Part shown: piece by piece, positions 39,187 through 50,200 of the stretch
How positions within the stretch are numbered: position 1 is the stretch's first letter
Layout of the letters: each line of letters begins with the position of its first letter
NCBI RefSeq assembly: GCF_030013595.1
Contig: NZ_CP122768.1
Source: Escherichia coli
GTDB lineage: Bacteria > Pseudomonadota > Gammaproteobacteria > Enterobacterales > Enterobacteriaceae
DNA: 64,000 nt
Strand: one strand, 5' to 3'
The notes under the pieces: generated by a model
Databases searched by the model: none
The model's input: the letters and a program-made list of their open reading frames with translations, nothing else
Told to the model about the DNA's origin: nothing
Translations under genes and position numbers: made by a program

Positions 39187-39516
39187 ATGGAAACTACCAA
39201 GCCTTCATTCCAGGACGTACTGGAATTTGTTCGTCTGTTCCGTCGTAAGAACAAACTGCAACGTGAAATTCAGGACGTTGAGAAAAAGATCCGTGACAAC
39301 CAGAAGCGCGTCCTGCTGCTGGACAACCTGAGCGATTACATCAAGCCGGGGATGAGCGTTGAAGCAATCCAGGGCATCATCGCCAGCATGAAAGGTGACT
39401 ATGAAGATCGCGTTGACGATTACATCATCAAAAATGCCGAGCTCTCCAAAGAACGCCGCGATATCTCCAAAAAGCTGAAAGCTATGGGCGAAATGAAAAA
39501 CGGCGAAGCGAAGTAA
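39187..39516 (+). CDS. yeeX: UPF0265 protein YeeX
   Basis: N-terminus [39 protein letters not shown]; 109 aa. Confidence 0.9.
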   Translation: METTKPSFQDVLEFVRLFRRKNKLQREIQDVEKKIRDNQKRVLLLDNLSDYIKPGMSVEAIQGIIASMKGDYEDRVDDYIIKNAELSKERRDISKKLKAMGEMKNGEAK

Positions 39517-39530
39517 TTCCCGTTTTATTC

Positions 39531-39558
39531 AATGAGGGTTGCCCGGCAACCCTCATTG
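39531..39558 (+). terminator. Hairpin downstream of yeeX
   Basis: aatgagggttgc-ccgg-gcaaccctcatt. Confidence 0.5.
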
Positions 39559-39616
39559 CTCATTGATTCTTATCTGTGTATCACCGTCATCATTCTCATC
39601 CGAGAACCAATCGAAA

Positions 39617-39800
39617 TTAACAACAGCCTTCTTCTGTATGCAGCAAGGCAAAAAGTTCTGTAACTCCATTGTTATTAACTGCACTGGTTACTAACACGTT
39701 GTGCGCTCCAGCTTCCCGTAACCAACTTTTCACCAAAGATATTTGTTCCATGCTGGCTAAATCTGCTTTGGTTACTACTCCAATGACCGGGTGATTCATG
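39617..39800 (-). pseudogene. yoeF: EutP/PduV-like GTPase C-terminal fragment (yoeF-like remnant)
   Basis: Only the C-terminal ~60 residues (VIGVVTKADL...NGVTELFALL) resemble EutP/PduV; no matching N-terminus. Confidence 0.4.
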
Positions 39801-39859
39801 GCCCGGTAGGGCGTTTTTACCTCTAATTCCTGCTTCAGCGCTGAGATTCCTGCTTGTTG

Positions 39860-39999
39860 CCAGAAAAGCAGGCACCTGCCGTCTGAACGGTATCGATCCG
39901 GAAGCGTATCTGCGCCATATTCTGAGCATACTGCCGGAATGGCCCTCCAACCGTGTTGACGAACTCCTGCCATGGAACGTAGTTCTCACCAATAAATAA
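39860..39999 (+). mobile_element. IS66-family transposase C-terminal remnant (...CRLNGIDPEAYLRHILSILPEWPSNRVDELLPWNVVLTNK-stop)
   Basis: Frame opens after a stop at 39823-39825 with no start; sequence matches the conserved IS66 TnpC C-terminus. Confidence 0.6.
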
Positions 40000-40413
40000 G
40001 CGTCAATACGGTGCTCCGTTGACGCTTACTTTAATCCGTTTTCTGAGCTTAGATTTTTCTGTTCCTACCCAGACCGTGGATTTGGAATTCATTTTTTGTC
40101 AGGTCAATGCTAATCGTTAAAACGGCCATAACGCACCTCCACTGGAAGGTTTATCAGTAATATCCTACCGTTGCTTCATGGTCGGGGCGTCCATTCCATT
40201 ATTATCGGTTTTCCTTTCTGTTTATAAATGAAAACGCCAGCTGTATTCAGGCTGGCGTCAGGAGAAATGAAGCCTGTTGAGTGAGATTCACCGGTTCTGG
40301 TGCAGAAGCTGCAGATGGCGCAGGGTAAGGACATCTTCTCTTGCCTGCTTAATACAGGACAACAGTGCTGTTTCTGTGGTTAATGGCACTATACCCTGTA
40401 TCACTGCATTGTC

Positions 40414-40608
40414 TTACAGCAACTGGTGAGGGCTGGCATAAGTTGCCGGTGTTTCGGTAGAGTCACGGTCATCCACCACGCGGAGTGAATAACCGTTTTC
40501 AGCGGCCTTATTAATCAGTTCAGTGATATTAACACCATCAATGTCAACGACAATGTGCCCCATATCCAGCGCCTGTACGTTAACGCTGTCGGCTTCCAGT
40601 GTCATCAT
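40414..40608 (-). CDS. yeeW: CP4-44-type protein YeeW
   Basis: 64-aa ORF immediately downstream of cbtA. Confidence 0.7.
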   Translation of the reverse strand: MMTLEADSVNVQALDMGHIVVDIDGVNITELINKAAENGYSLRVVDDRDSTETPATYASPHQLL

Positions 40609-40979
40609 TTCGCCTCCGGATACTTACCCAGGGTAATGTTATTTACCGTTCTGTAATTGTCGCGGGTCATCAGGCCGGTTGCCCGGCGTGCCCGGAGGAT
40701 ATCAATACTGTTTATTAACTGAGAGCGGGTACAGGCGCTGAATCCCGGCTGGTCGGTACGCACCAGCGCGTATTTTTCCACGAGAAAGTTCACCGCATCA
40801 CACAGTGAAATGCCTGCCTCAATATGCTGCTCAATCACACGTTCATCGGCAAAAGGTGTGTCATTCAGTGTGAGGCCATAGTGCTGGTCCAGCAGTCGGG
40901 ACAGCAGTATCTGCCAGATTTCAACAGGAGACGGGCGAGAACTGGCCGCCTGCCCGGGTAATACAGGTAATGTTTTCAT
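40605..40979 (-). CDS. cbtA: Cytoskeleton-binding toxin CbtA (YeeV)
   Basis: 124-aa ORF MKTLPVLPGQAASSRPSPVEIWQILLSRLLDQHYGLTLNDTPF. Confidence 0.9.
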   Translation of the reverse strand: MKTLPVLPGQAASSRPSPVEIWQILLSRLLDQHYGLTLNDTPFADERVIEQHIEAGISLCDAVNFLVEKYALVRTDQPGFSACTRSQLINSIDILRARRATGLMTRDNYRTVNNITLGKYPEAK

Positions 40980-41067
40980 ACTGAAGATTTTCCTGATATG
41001 CAGATATAAAAATGGAAAAGTGGCGTGGTGAAAACACCAGGCCGTAGCAGAAGGCTATTCTGGAGAG

Positions 41068-41436
41068 TTAATTTTTCATTTCGGGCGTCGGATAAACAGC
41101 CAGATAAACGTAACCACAACTGCTGAGGGTATCGGCTTTGCAGGTCAGCCCTTTTGCATACAGCGTGACGGTATGCTGATGGCGGGGATTCAGTTCACCG
41201 CTGGTGAGCATGAGTTCCAGTTGTTTCATCAGCAGCGGAAAGGCCTGGTCCAGGTGGTACGCATCTGCATCGCTGAACAGGCCTCTGATACCGGCGCGGT
41301 CGGCAAGGTAATGCAACCGGTTACCCTCCTGCACCAGACGTGCCCCGAAACAGGGCGTCACGGTGCAGGGCAGCCCCCACTAGGGGCGGTCGTGATTGTC
41401 GTCGGGAAGTGTTGTCCCGGGGAGTGTGTCTGACAC
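41068..41436 (-). pseudogene. cbeA: Antitoxin CbeA (YeeU) with an in-frame amber stop at codon 19
   Basis: Reverse complement reads GTG-SDTLPGTTLPDDNHDRP-TAG-WGLPCTVTPCFGARLVQEG...; the stop is TAG (plus-strand cta, 41380-41382) where the remembered CbeA has W. Confidence 0.7.
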
Positions 41437-41509
41437 GATAAAATCCTTACAGAAAATCGGCTAAGAATGGTCCGGTAGTGGCGATAATTCTGCTCATCAG
41501 AATTCCCAC

Positions 41510-41731
41510 TCAGTTCAGGGTGACGCTCATCAGCCGGACATACGGACCAAAACTGTCCTTACGGCGTTCAGCAAACACGGCCAGCACACCGGGAATATCC
41601 TGCACTTCACGACCGGTATACGCTTCAGCACTGCCGTGCCAGCGGTATTTACCGGTACAGAACGGAAAAAGACGGGATGTCGGATGTTGTTGGTGAATAC
41701 GCATGGCTTCACCACGGGTGATAATTTTCAT
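41510..41731 (-). CDS. yeeT: CP4-44-type protein YeeT (DUF987)
   Basis: 73-aa ORF MKIITRGEAMRIHQQHPTSRLFPFCTGKYRWHGSAEAYTGREV. Confidence 0.85.
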   Translation of the reverse strand: MKIITRGEAMRIHQQHPTSRLFPFCTGKYRWHGSAEAYTGREVQDIPGVLAVFAERRKDSFGPYVRLMSVTLN

Positions 41732-41793
41732 AATGGGATACCTCTGAAGACAGAAGATAAAAGTGAAAACAGGTGTGATGTGGTTGTGAAGGG

Positions 41794-42270
41794 TTAAAGC
41801 AGACCATGTTCGGCAAAGGAGAAAACCTGGTTGCCACCGACTATCAGATGGTCCGGCACCCGGATATCCACCAGGCCCAGTGCCTGTACCAGACGTTCGG
41901 TGATAAGCCGGTCTGCCTTACTGGGTGTGACTTCACCGGACGGGTGATTGTGTGCCAGTACCACGGCAGCGGCATTGTGGTACAGGGCGCGTTTAATCAC
42001 TTCCCGGGGATGGACTTCCGTGCGGTTGATGGTGCCGGTGAAGAGGGTTTCACCGGCAATCAGCTGATTCTGGTTGTTCAGATACAGCACCCGGAATTCT
42101 TCACGCTCCAGTCCCGCCATGTTCAGAATCAGCCATTCCCGTGCTGCACGGGTGGAGGTGAAGGCCACGCCGGGTTCATGAAGATGGCGGTCCAGGGTTT
42201 TCAGAGCCCGCAGAATGAGGCTGCGCTCGCCGGGCGTCATCTCTCCGGGCAGAAAGGAAAGTTGTTGCAT
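41794..42270 (-). CDS. yeeS: RadC-like JAB-domain protein YeeS
   Basis: HNHPSGEVTPSKAD (JAMM motif); start taken at MQQLSFLP. Confidence 0.88.
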   Translation of the reverse strand: MQQLSFLPGEMTPGERSLILRALKTLDRHLHEPGVAFTSTRAAREWLILNMAGLEREEFRVLYLNNQNQLIAGETLFTGTINRTEVHPREVIKRALYHNAAAVVLAHNHPSGEVTPSKADRLITERLVQALGLVDIRVPDHLIVGGNQVFSFAEHGLL

Positions 42271-42285
42271 TGTGCTTCTCTCCAT

Positions 42286-42765
42286 TCAGTCGATGATGCG
42301 CATAATGGCGCTGCATTCCGGATGCTGCAGGGCGTAATCCCGCAACCGGTAATAATGGACCGTCATGGCATAATTCTCCGTACGACAGGCATGATGACTG
42401 TACGTCATCAGACAGGCGGCAATACCGGCGGCTTCCGGGCTCATTTCTGCGCGGTTACCGTTCATGGCACTGAACAGTACCCATGTTTCGTCATCATCGT
42501 CATCCGGTTCGGGTGCCATAAATGCCCCGCCGTTGTTCAGGGTGTACAGATTCCAGATACCACCGCAGTAGTCTTCGCACAGACGGTCCATCCAGCCGAA
42601 GACACGGGGCTCCAGGGTCACCCACTGTGGAATGAGGCCAAAATGCTGCGGCCAGAAGCTGATGCGCTGTTCATCAGGGACGAGGCTGGCAACCAACTGA
42701 GACGGATTATTCTCTGGTGTTGTAGCTGAATAAATTGTGGGGGTATTCTGAGAAACGGTCTTCAT
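42286..42765 (-). CDS. Antirestriction protein (KlcA/ArdB family, YfjX/YafX-like)
   Basis: 159-aa ORF with acidic PEPDDDDDETW stretch; positioned upstream of radC-like gene as in CP4-type islands. Confidence 0.7.
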   Translation of the reverse strand: MKTVSQNTPTIYSATTPENNPSQLVASLVPDEQRISFWPQHFGLIPQWVTLEPRVFGWMDRLCEDYCGGIWNLYTLNNGGAFMAPEPDDDDDETWVLFSAMNGNRAEMSPEAAGIAACLMTYSHHACRTENYAMTVHYYRLRDYALQHPECSAIMRIID

Positions 42766-42846
42766 GAGATAACTCCTTAAATAACAAATAAATGTGTGTT
42801 TTTCAGGAACGAAAGCTGAATGATTCCCTCACTCAGGGAAACGGCA

Positions 42847-43665
42847 TCAGCGCAGGCTCTCCAGCATCGTTTCTGCCATCACCCACAATGCGCGGTTGAG
42901 CTTAATGTCGGTATCAATGCTGTGAATGGCCCGGGTATGGATACGTTTTCCTCTGGCACTGCGCCCGGAAATCCCGCCTTTCAGCATATTCTCCTGGATG
43001 GTCTGATAAGCACTCCACAGGTCCTTACCGTAATCCTCCCGGCGTCGCGGCGTCAGAATGTCGGCGGTGGTGACGGGCTGATGTTCGTCACCATAACGGT
43101 AAGTCAGTGCCGCCTGTGCCAGCGCCTGGCGTGCCGGTGGCGGCAGGACCAGCGACTGCATGGCATCACGCTTCTCCTCTATCCGGTCAAACACGCCCAC
43201 CACCTCGTAAGCCCCTTCAATGACTCTGTCCACCACATTTCCCCGGTGCGGAACACGTACTTCCCCCAGAGACTGACCACAGACGCAGCCGTTCTGGCAG
43301 ACGAACCTGAAGTACCCCGGCAGCATCTGGTAGCTGGAGGTACCGTCATGAGAGTTGAGCAGAATAATTTCAGGGACATGTTCTCCGTTTATCTCTCCGG
43401 CCCGCCGCAGACGCAGCATGTGTTTTGTGTATCCCCGGCGGCCCGGGTCGCGCACACGGGTCTGGCAGGCGAAGAATGGCTGAAAGCCTTCCCGCTGCAG
43501 GCTTTCCAGTACGGTGATGGTGGGGATGTACGTATAGTTCTGGCTTCGGGACGTGTGTTTATCTTCCCCGAAAATCCCCGGCACATAGTGCATCAGTTCT
43601 TCGTGTGTCAGCGGACGGTCACGGCGTATCTGGTTCGCATAACCAAAACGACTGGCTAGTCGCAT
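42847..43665 (-). CDS. DUF932-family protein (YfjQ/YafZ-like)
   Basis: 272-aa ORF MRLASRFGYANQIRRDRPLTHEELMHYVPGIFGEDKHTSRS... Confidence 0.75.
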   Translation of the reverse strand: MRLASRFGYANQIRRDRPLTHEELMHYVPGIFGEDKHTSRSQNYTYIPTITVLESLQREGFQPFFACQTRVRDPGRRGYTKHMLRLRRAGEINGEHVPEIILLNSHDGTSSYQMLPGYFRFVCQNGCVCGQSLGEVRVPHRGNVVDRVIEGAYEVVGVFDRIEEKRDAMQSLVLPPPARQALAQAALTYRYGDEHQPVTTADILTPRRREDYGKDLWSAYQTIQENMLKGGISGRSARGKRIHTRAIHSIDTDIKLNRALWVMAETMLESLR

Positions 43666-43764
43666 AATTTGCTCCTTATCGGTGGTTAAGATTTACTGGT
43701 GTAATAAATGAAAAAGCCACGTCTCCCGGAGAAGACGCGGCCTGATGGGTGAAATGAATGACGT

Positions 43765-43998
43765 TTATTGTCTGAGAAGACCGTCACTGGCGAGCCGCGT
43801 ATTAAGCACCTTTCCGGCATCGGGTTCAGAATTCCGGCAGCGCCAGCGTCGCTGACCTTCCGCGTTGCGGATAACCAGACGGAAATGCATTCCCGGGTCA
43901 TCCTGGATAAACACATTGCGGTAAGCGGTTATGACAGCAACCGCCTGCCCGTATGAGAAAGATCCTTCAGCCAGGACATACTCTGTGTAACCCGGCAT
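43765..43998 (-). CDS. Small DUF905-like protein
   Basis: 77-aa ORF with AGGAGA RBS 9 nt upstream of ATG. Confidence 0.6.
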   Translation of the reverse strand: MPGYTEYVLAEGSFSYGQAVAVITAYRNVFIQDDPGMHFRLVIRNAEGQRRWRCRNSEPDAGKVLNTRLASDGLLRQ

Positions 43999-44076
43999 AT
44001 CTGTTTTCTCCTGATAAATAAAAAGCCTCTGCCACGCGTTGTGACAGAGGCTGAAGCATGAAACTGACTTCAGGGA

Positions 44077-44532
44077 TCAGTTAACGTTTTTTCCGGAAAC
44101 GGTAATCAGCAGTGGATGGTAGTCCTGGGGATTGAAAACCGATAACGGCAGACTGACACGATGGCCGTTACTTTCTTCAGTTGCTTTAATGATTTCGGTT
44201 GTGGCGACATTTTCCACGCACTCCGTTTCCAGAAATGCGTCTGTGGTTCGCGTGGCATTACTGTCACCAAAAGCTTCCGTTTCCATTTTTCTGGTCACCA
44301 GCGTCTGACCATATTTGTCTTTGAGTTGCAGAGTGATGGTGAGGGGGCCAAATCCTTCATCGTTTCCGCCATTATCCAGCCGGAACTGGTAAGCACAAAT
44401 ATTTCCCGGGAGCCATATCGTATCTGTATTGCGTATACTGATGTAACGTTGATCCTGTGCCCGGAGTGGGGCAGACCACGTTAACCCCAGAATGAAGGCG
44501 GTAATCATGCAGGTTTTGAACAGGTGAATCAT
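44077..44532 (-). CDS. Secreted/lipoprotein-like protein (YfjT/YafY-like)
   Basis: 151-aa ORF with N-terminal signal peptide MIHLFKTCMITAFILGLTWSAPLRA. Confidence 0.6.
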   Translation of the reverse strand: MIHLFKTCMITAFILGLTWSAPLRAQDQRYISIRNTDTIWLPGNICAYQFRLDNGGNDEGFGPLTITLQLKDKYGQTLVTRKMETEAFGDSNATRTTDAFLETECVENVATTEIIKATEESNGHRVSLPLSVFNPQDYHPLLITVSGKNVN

Positions 44533-44607
44533 GGTATTTACCTCTCTGAGTCATGACGATGACACTGACAAATCAGGTGATAAAGCGTAAAAGGCGCAGA
44601 ATAGCCG

Positions 44608-47130
44608 TTATGCCGGTAACTCCGGGGGTAATGCTTCTTCCAGTCGGTTAACCATATTGCCGAGATGGGATGCATCATATTCCATGACGGGGCGTTGCCT
44701 GATGATACTGACCACCAGTGGTTTGATTAACATATTGGTCGCGGCCCGTTGTTGTATACCGGCGGCGAAAATGATCTCCAGAGCATTCTGATCGATAACA
44801 CGGGCCAGATTCTCGTTCAGATTTTCAATCTCATGTCCGGTCAGCAGGAAACTGCCGGCAAGCCATGTCACCTGCTCCTGAATCATTGCCAGAATTTTGA
44901 CGCGATCTTCTTCAACCAGCGCTCCGGCAATTTTTCCTGATACAGCGGAGGCAATCATTCCCCCCAGAACACCGCCAACCACACGCCCTGTCAGTGCACC
45001 AAATGGTCCCAGTGGACTGAACAGTATCCCGCCCGCCACTGACCCGACAGCTCCACCTGCCACACCGGAAGATGCCACGGCAAGATTCCTGATGAACTGC
45101 GCACCGGAGATCCGTCCCCGCAACATTTTGATCATGTCAGGGCCGGTTGTGACAGCTATCAGTGCCAGAGATGTCACCAGCGTACCCTTCATTACTTTGT
45201 TCAGGGCACTGATATTTCCTGCACCGGTCCCCTTCTGAAGAGCCAGTCGGACAGTCGGGCTGGCAGTCGAAAAATCAATGTGCTTCAGCATACCCTGAAC
45301 AACACTGAGCCGGTGGAGTTGCTGGGTTGTGACGTAGACAGCCAGTGTGCGGGTGAAGGTTTTTCCTGCCTGGACAGCAGCTGTCTGCAGGGCAGCATCG
45401 CGATCGCCGGTGCTGAGCCAGAAGACCGATGCCGTCAGGGCAAAACTGATCCCTCCGGCCGCCAGACTGACAACCGAACCCTCGGCAATATCATAAGTGA
45501 CCGATTCGATGGTCCCGAACCGGGTGATATTACGGGCCTGAGTATAAGTCAGATGTCCCCGACGAATCAGCCGGGACGCTTCTGCGGGATCGGTTACACC
45601 GGGTACTTTACCTTCGCGGATCTTATTCCTCATGGTTTCAACAGCGCCGGCATACTGATCACGGGGGACTTCCAGTTGCATGGGGCCATTATTTCCCATG
45701 TAACGATACTGTCCGTTTTGTCCGTCGAATGCCGCACCGACGCTACGGGCTGCAGTTGAACAATATTTCGTCTGGATTTCTGTTCCGCTGACCAGTCTGT
45801 CTGCTCCATTTCTGGCATTATTATCACCGAGGATCCGTGCGTTTTTCAGACGGACTCTGTCGACAATATGGTTTCCCCGTTCAGCGGCAAACCCATGTCC
45901 CTGCCCTCCGGAAGCAAACATTTTCTCATTTGTACTCCAGGTTTCCGGCAGTTTCATGAGAATCAGACCATTCGCCGTTGCATCGGAAATAAAGCTGTTG
46001 TAAGGGCGTTCATAAATTTCCTGACACAGTGTTTCTGTTTCGCGACAAAGAGAGGAGCAGTACCATTCCGGATCCGGCTTATGATTTTCCGGGGCATGAT
46101 GTACTTCTGTCAGCCCGCAGGAGGCACAGATACGAAGCTCATCCACGTGATGGAATGATACAAAACGGCGACCTTCTGAAAAGGGATACCAGTCACCGCC
46201 GTCCAGGCAACGATCGAGAAAATCGTCATTCGCTTCCGGTGATAAATTCAGGCGGTTCCGGAAGAGCGTTTTCAGTTCATCAGGTGTGAATGACAGGTTC
46301 TCTTTCAACTGTTCGTTAAACCCTGCCATGTTTCTTTCATACCAGGCATTGTTCAGTAACCAGTTTCCGTCTGCCAGTTCAAATTCCCTCAGCTCTCCCC
46401 GGGAAATCCGTTGAGAAATGAGCGTCAGCCAGATGCGCTCCGTCAGTGAGTCAGGAAGGCTGTAATCGTTTTGCAAACTGGTCAGCCACGATTTACTGTT
46501 GAGCACCGGTTGTTCTTCCAGTGTCTGGCTGATGGCACAGGTCAGTTTTTTCAGCGCCTGGATCTGGCTGGCCGCCCATAGCAGCGTCACTAATGCAGCC
46601 AGCCAGTACAACAACCCGCCCCACCACATCAGTGACGGTGAAATATCGTACTGTAACGCGATCAATGGTGCGCATGCAGAACACGCCATAAGGAAAAAGG
46701 CAGTATAAAAACAGCAGTAATACCCGTTAATTTCCTTGCTGATATCTTCTGGTGTGATCCCGTTCTGCTGAATGTTTTTGATCTGCAGGGGAACAGCCAG
46801 CAGACCACCGGCGAGAGCGGTGGTCAGAATAAATTTCACAGAGTCAAAGGTGTGAGCCTCCAGCGCGATATGTTTACCATCAAGTCCCCACATGAAGCTG
46901 ATGATCATTCCGGCAATCGTCAGAAATACGCCTGCCAGCCAGCGAATATGGAACAACCGGGTTATGCGTTCGGTGATATAGCCAGCCAGTAAGGCCGGGC
47001 CGAACAGACACAGCAATATGAGCCCTGCCAGCGCAGAAGCCGTGCTGATTAATGCTCTGAACAAAAGGCGAAGAATGGCAAATCCTGCGATCAGCAGGAT
47101 CAGCGCGCCGACTATCTGTAACATAGTCAC
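44608..47130 (-). CDS. yeeR: Large inner membrane protein, YeeR-like (840 aa)
   Basis: Long ORF with N-terminal and C-terminal TM clusters and a central Cys-rich segment; between flu and the lipoprotein gene. Confidence 0.5.
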   Translation of the reverse strand: MTMLQIVGALILLIAGFAILRLLFRALISTASALAGLILLCLFGPALLAGYITERITRLFHIRWLAGVFLTIAGMIISFMWGLDGKHIALEAHTFDSVKFILTTALAGGLLAVPLQIKNIQQNGITPEDISKEINGYYCCFYTAFFLMACSACAPLIALQYDISPSLMWWGGLLYWLAALVTLLWAASQIQALKKLTCAISQTLEEQPVLNSKSWLTSLQNDYSLPDSLTERIWLTLISQRISRGELREFELADGNWLLNNAWYERNMAGFNEQLKENLSFTPDELKTLFRNRLNLSPEANDDFLDRCLDGGDWYPFSEGRRFVSFHHVDELRICASCGLTEVHHAPENHKPDPEWYCSSLCRETETLCQEIYERPYNSFISDATANGLILMKLPETWSTNEKMFASGGQGHGFAAERGNHIVDRVRLKNARILGDNNARNGADRLVSGTEIQTKYCSTAARSVGAAFDGQNGQYRYMGNNGPMQLEVPRDQYAGAVETMRNKIREGKVPGVTDPAEASRLIRRGHLTYTQARNITRFGTIESVTYDIAEGSVVSLAAGGISFALTASVFWLSTGDRDAALQTAAVQAGKTFTRTLAVYVTTQQLHRLSVVQGMLKHIDFSTASPTVRLALQKGTGAGNISALNKVMKGTLVTSLALIAVTTGPDMIKMLRGRISGAQFIRNLAVASSGVAGGAVGSVAGGILFSPLGPFGALTGRVVGGVLGGMIASAVSGKIAGALVEEDRVKILAMIQEQVTWLAGSFLLTGHEIENLNENLARVIDQNALEIIFAAGIQQRAATNMLIKPLVVSIIRQRPVMEYDASHLGNMVNRLEEALPPELPA

Positions 47131-47244
47131 TCCGTGATGAATATCATGTTATTGTTAATGCCAGCGAATGTGGCGTTGAAGATCCGTTGCGCCGGTCCGG
47201 GTCCCGGTCATGATGACCGGGACCACAGAGAGGCGATGGTTCTG

Positions 47245-50200
47245 TCAGAAGGTCACATTCAGTGTGGCCTGACCGTTATACCCTTCAGCGCTGCTGCCGC
47301 TGACGCTGTGGGCATAACCGGCCTGAACGCCCAGGGTGATATTTTCCCGGACACGGGCTTCCAGTCCGGCCTGCAGGTCCAGTGATGTGCCATTCTGTGA
47401 GGGAGAGAACGTCATCCCGCTGCCTGCAGTGGAAGTCCCCACACGCATATCTCCCCGGGAGCTGAAGGTGCGGATAACAGAAGGCTGTACCCACCAGTTC
47501 ACCGGTAATTCACTCACACTGTGTTTTGCACTGTCACGCAGGGGGGCACGGGATGAGGTGCCTTCGCCAAAGGTCATATCGTTGTGGCTGCCCAGACGGA
47601 AACCGGCACGCACATGTTGTGCACTGCCATGCCCGAACTTCACATAACCGGCGTTGTCCTTACCGTCATCCAGGGAAAGTCCCTGCCAGGTATACTGCAG
47701 TTGTGGCTCCAGCATCAGGTTGTCAGTGATACTGAAGGGCAGACCGGTTTCCAGTGAGCCCAGCCAGCCCCAGCCCCGGGCGCGGAAGTCGTTATTGTCC
47801 GATGACGCTTTCATGCTGTGGCGGGTTCCCTGTGCCACAATGTCAGCCCACAGGCCGGAGGACGTGTGTACCAGATTCAGGTATCCGCCCAGGCTGCCGG
47901 CATCATCCCGGACCGTGCCGGCACGGGAGCCGTCATCATCCTTAACATCAACGGAAGAATGGCCAGCAGCACCATATACCCCCGCGGTCACAGACATACC
48001 GGCAACCTCTGTTCTCATCAGGTCACCCTCCAGACGGACGAATCCATAGCTGCCGCTGCTTTCCGGCGTGGCCCCACGGGCAATACCGCCATTGTTATCG
48101 TGACCGAGATGACCGCCCTGAATGCTGAGACGGACGCTGTTGTTTTCACCATTTACACCGGTCTGATGGCTGCGGGAGCCTGCCACAATCCGGTCATAGT
48201 CCATTGCCTGTGTCAGCATGGAGGCATACAGGGGGACTTCTGCACGATAAGCATTTTCACTGCGCAGATACCAGCTCTCATCACTGTCCCGGTTGAGGGA
48301 GTAGTTAAAGGCACCGGCCTGCAGCCTGTTCCCCTGGACAAAGGCCCCTTCCTCCGTGGTGGCACCGTTAATGGCTTCAACCACCTGAATACCCTTACCG
48401 CTGGTCGCCAGCCCCGACGCACTGTTGCCGGCGTTCACCAGGTTCAGGATGGTTTTTCCGGTTGCCCTGCCACCGTCAATGACCAGTCTGTCAGCATTGT
48501 TCTGTGCCATATCCGGGCGTACACGCAGGCTGATGGTGCCATTCTGCCCGTTCAGGTTTTTCACTTTCAGGGTTGCCGGTACGAACTTCCCTGTGCGGGT
48601 GGAGGTGAAATGAATCTGTCCGGCATGGCTGAGGTCATCCACCACCGACTGCACCGTGGCGTTATCGGGGATATTCCAGGTGGCACCGGAGGCGAGAGTG
48701 ACATTCGTGGGGTCAATGGCACCGTTCAGCACAGTGCTGCCGGTCAGCTTCAGGGCTGTACCGCGCTGAGCAATGACATCCGTGGTGACGGTACTGTCGT
48801 TCAGCGTCAGCGTGCCTTCATTCAGGTTGACGGCTTTCTGGGTGAGTGTGGTGTTGCTGACAGTGAGTGTGCCACTTCCTGATTTTTCCACGCTGCCGTT
48901 ACCGGTGAGAGAGCCTCCCTGCAGGAGCGCATCGCCTTCACGGATGGTCAGGGTATCGTTGTTCACCGTCTTCCCGGAAAGGGTAAGTATGGCGCCGTTA
49001 TTCAGCGTGGTGGTGCCCGCCAGTGTGCCGCCCCTGGCGGTGAACAGTCCGCCATTTACCGTGGTATCCGTGGCCGTATCACCGGCGTTCAGCGTGAATG
49101 AACTGCCTTTTTCCAGCATCAGGGCATCCGCCTGACCGCCTCCGATACTGAATGCCTTTCCGTCGCTCCGGGTACCACTGACAGCGGCACCGGAATCGGC
49201 CAGCAGTACACCGCCATTTCCCATGGATACGGTGGTGGCGGTGCCACCGTTGCGGACATCCAGTGTTCCGCCATCATCCACGCGGGTATTAGTGGCTGTG
49301 TGTCCGGTCAGCACATCCAGGCGTCCGCCATTTTCCAGTACGACATTATCAGCTTTACCCTCCACAACAGAGAATGCTCCCAGGCGGTTTATGCCGGTAA
49401 CGGTTGCAGCCGTACTGGTAACCAGTGCGCCGCCCTGCTTCAGGGTGACATTCGTGGCTGTACCACCGGCGTCCACCTGCAGTCTGCCCTTCTGATTAAC
49501 GGTGGTATTCCCGGCCACACCCCCGTTTTTGACAATCTGCCAGCCGTCACTGTTCACAACAGTGTCAGACGCTGTACCGCCGTTGTGCACATACTGGTAT
49601 CCCCCATTCAGCGTGGTATCCAGTGCGTGACCATGTACAGTCTGGTCGCCGCCGGCATAAACCACAGTGGTATTTGCCGTTCCTTCAGCTCTCACAATCT
49701 GGCGACCGTTTTTATTGATGGTTGTGCGTACGGCATCCCCGCGAACAAACTGCCCGGTATCACCGTTTTCTGCATCCGGTCCCCCTTCCGCCCCGGTATT
49801 AACAACGGTATCCGTTGCCACTGTACCGGGCTTGACGACCTGCCAGCCCTTATCATTAATGACGGTTCCTGTGGCTATCGCCCCCTCATGCATCCACTGT
49901 TCGCCACCATTCAGCGTGGTGTTCACTGCCCGTCCCTGAAGGCTCTGTCCGCCTCCGGCACTGATAACCGTGTCTGAGACACTTCCACCGGGGTTCACTC
50001 TCTGAAGACCACCACTGGTGACAGTCGTTTTGTTGGCTGTTCCGCCATCCTGTACCCATTGCCCGCCGGTATTGGCCTCGTTATCCGGCCCATACTCCAG
50101 CCCGGTACTGATGGTCATTCCGTTGGTCGTACCGAAGACAATCTGGTTGTCATGATTTGCCAGTGTTCCGCCGTTCACGGTTTCTCCCGGGTGCACAACG

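Noticed and set aside
39801-39973. N-terminal half of the 118-aa minus-strand ORF 39617-39973
   Set aside because: This part is the antisense read-through of the IS66 transposase fragment; only the C-terminal EutP-like segment looks like a real gene remnant.
41806-42729. 307-aa plus-strand ORF
   Set aside because: Antisense across yeeS and the antirestriction gene, both of which have recognisable family motifs on the minus strand.
42820-43659. 279-aa plus-strand ORF
   Set aside because: Antisense to the DUF932 gene; the minus-strand translation is the conserved one.
47818-48882. 354-aa plus-strand ORF, and several other plus-strand ORFs between 47336 and 49977
   Set aside because: Antisense to the repetitive Gly/Thr-rich passenger domain of flu; low-complexity translations.
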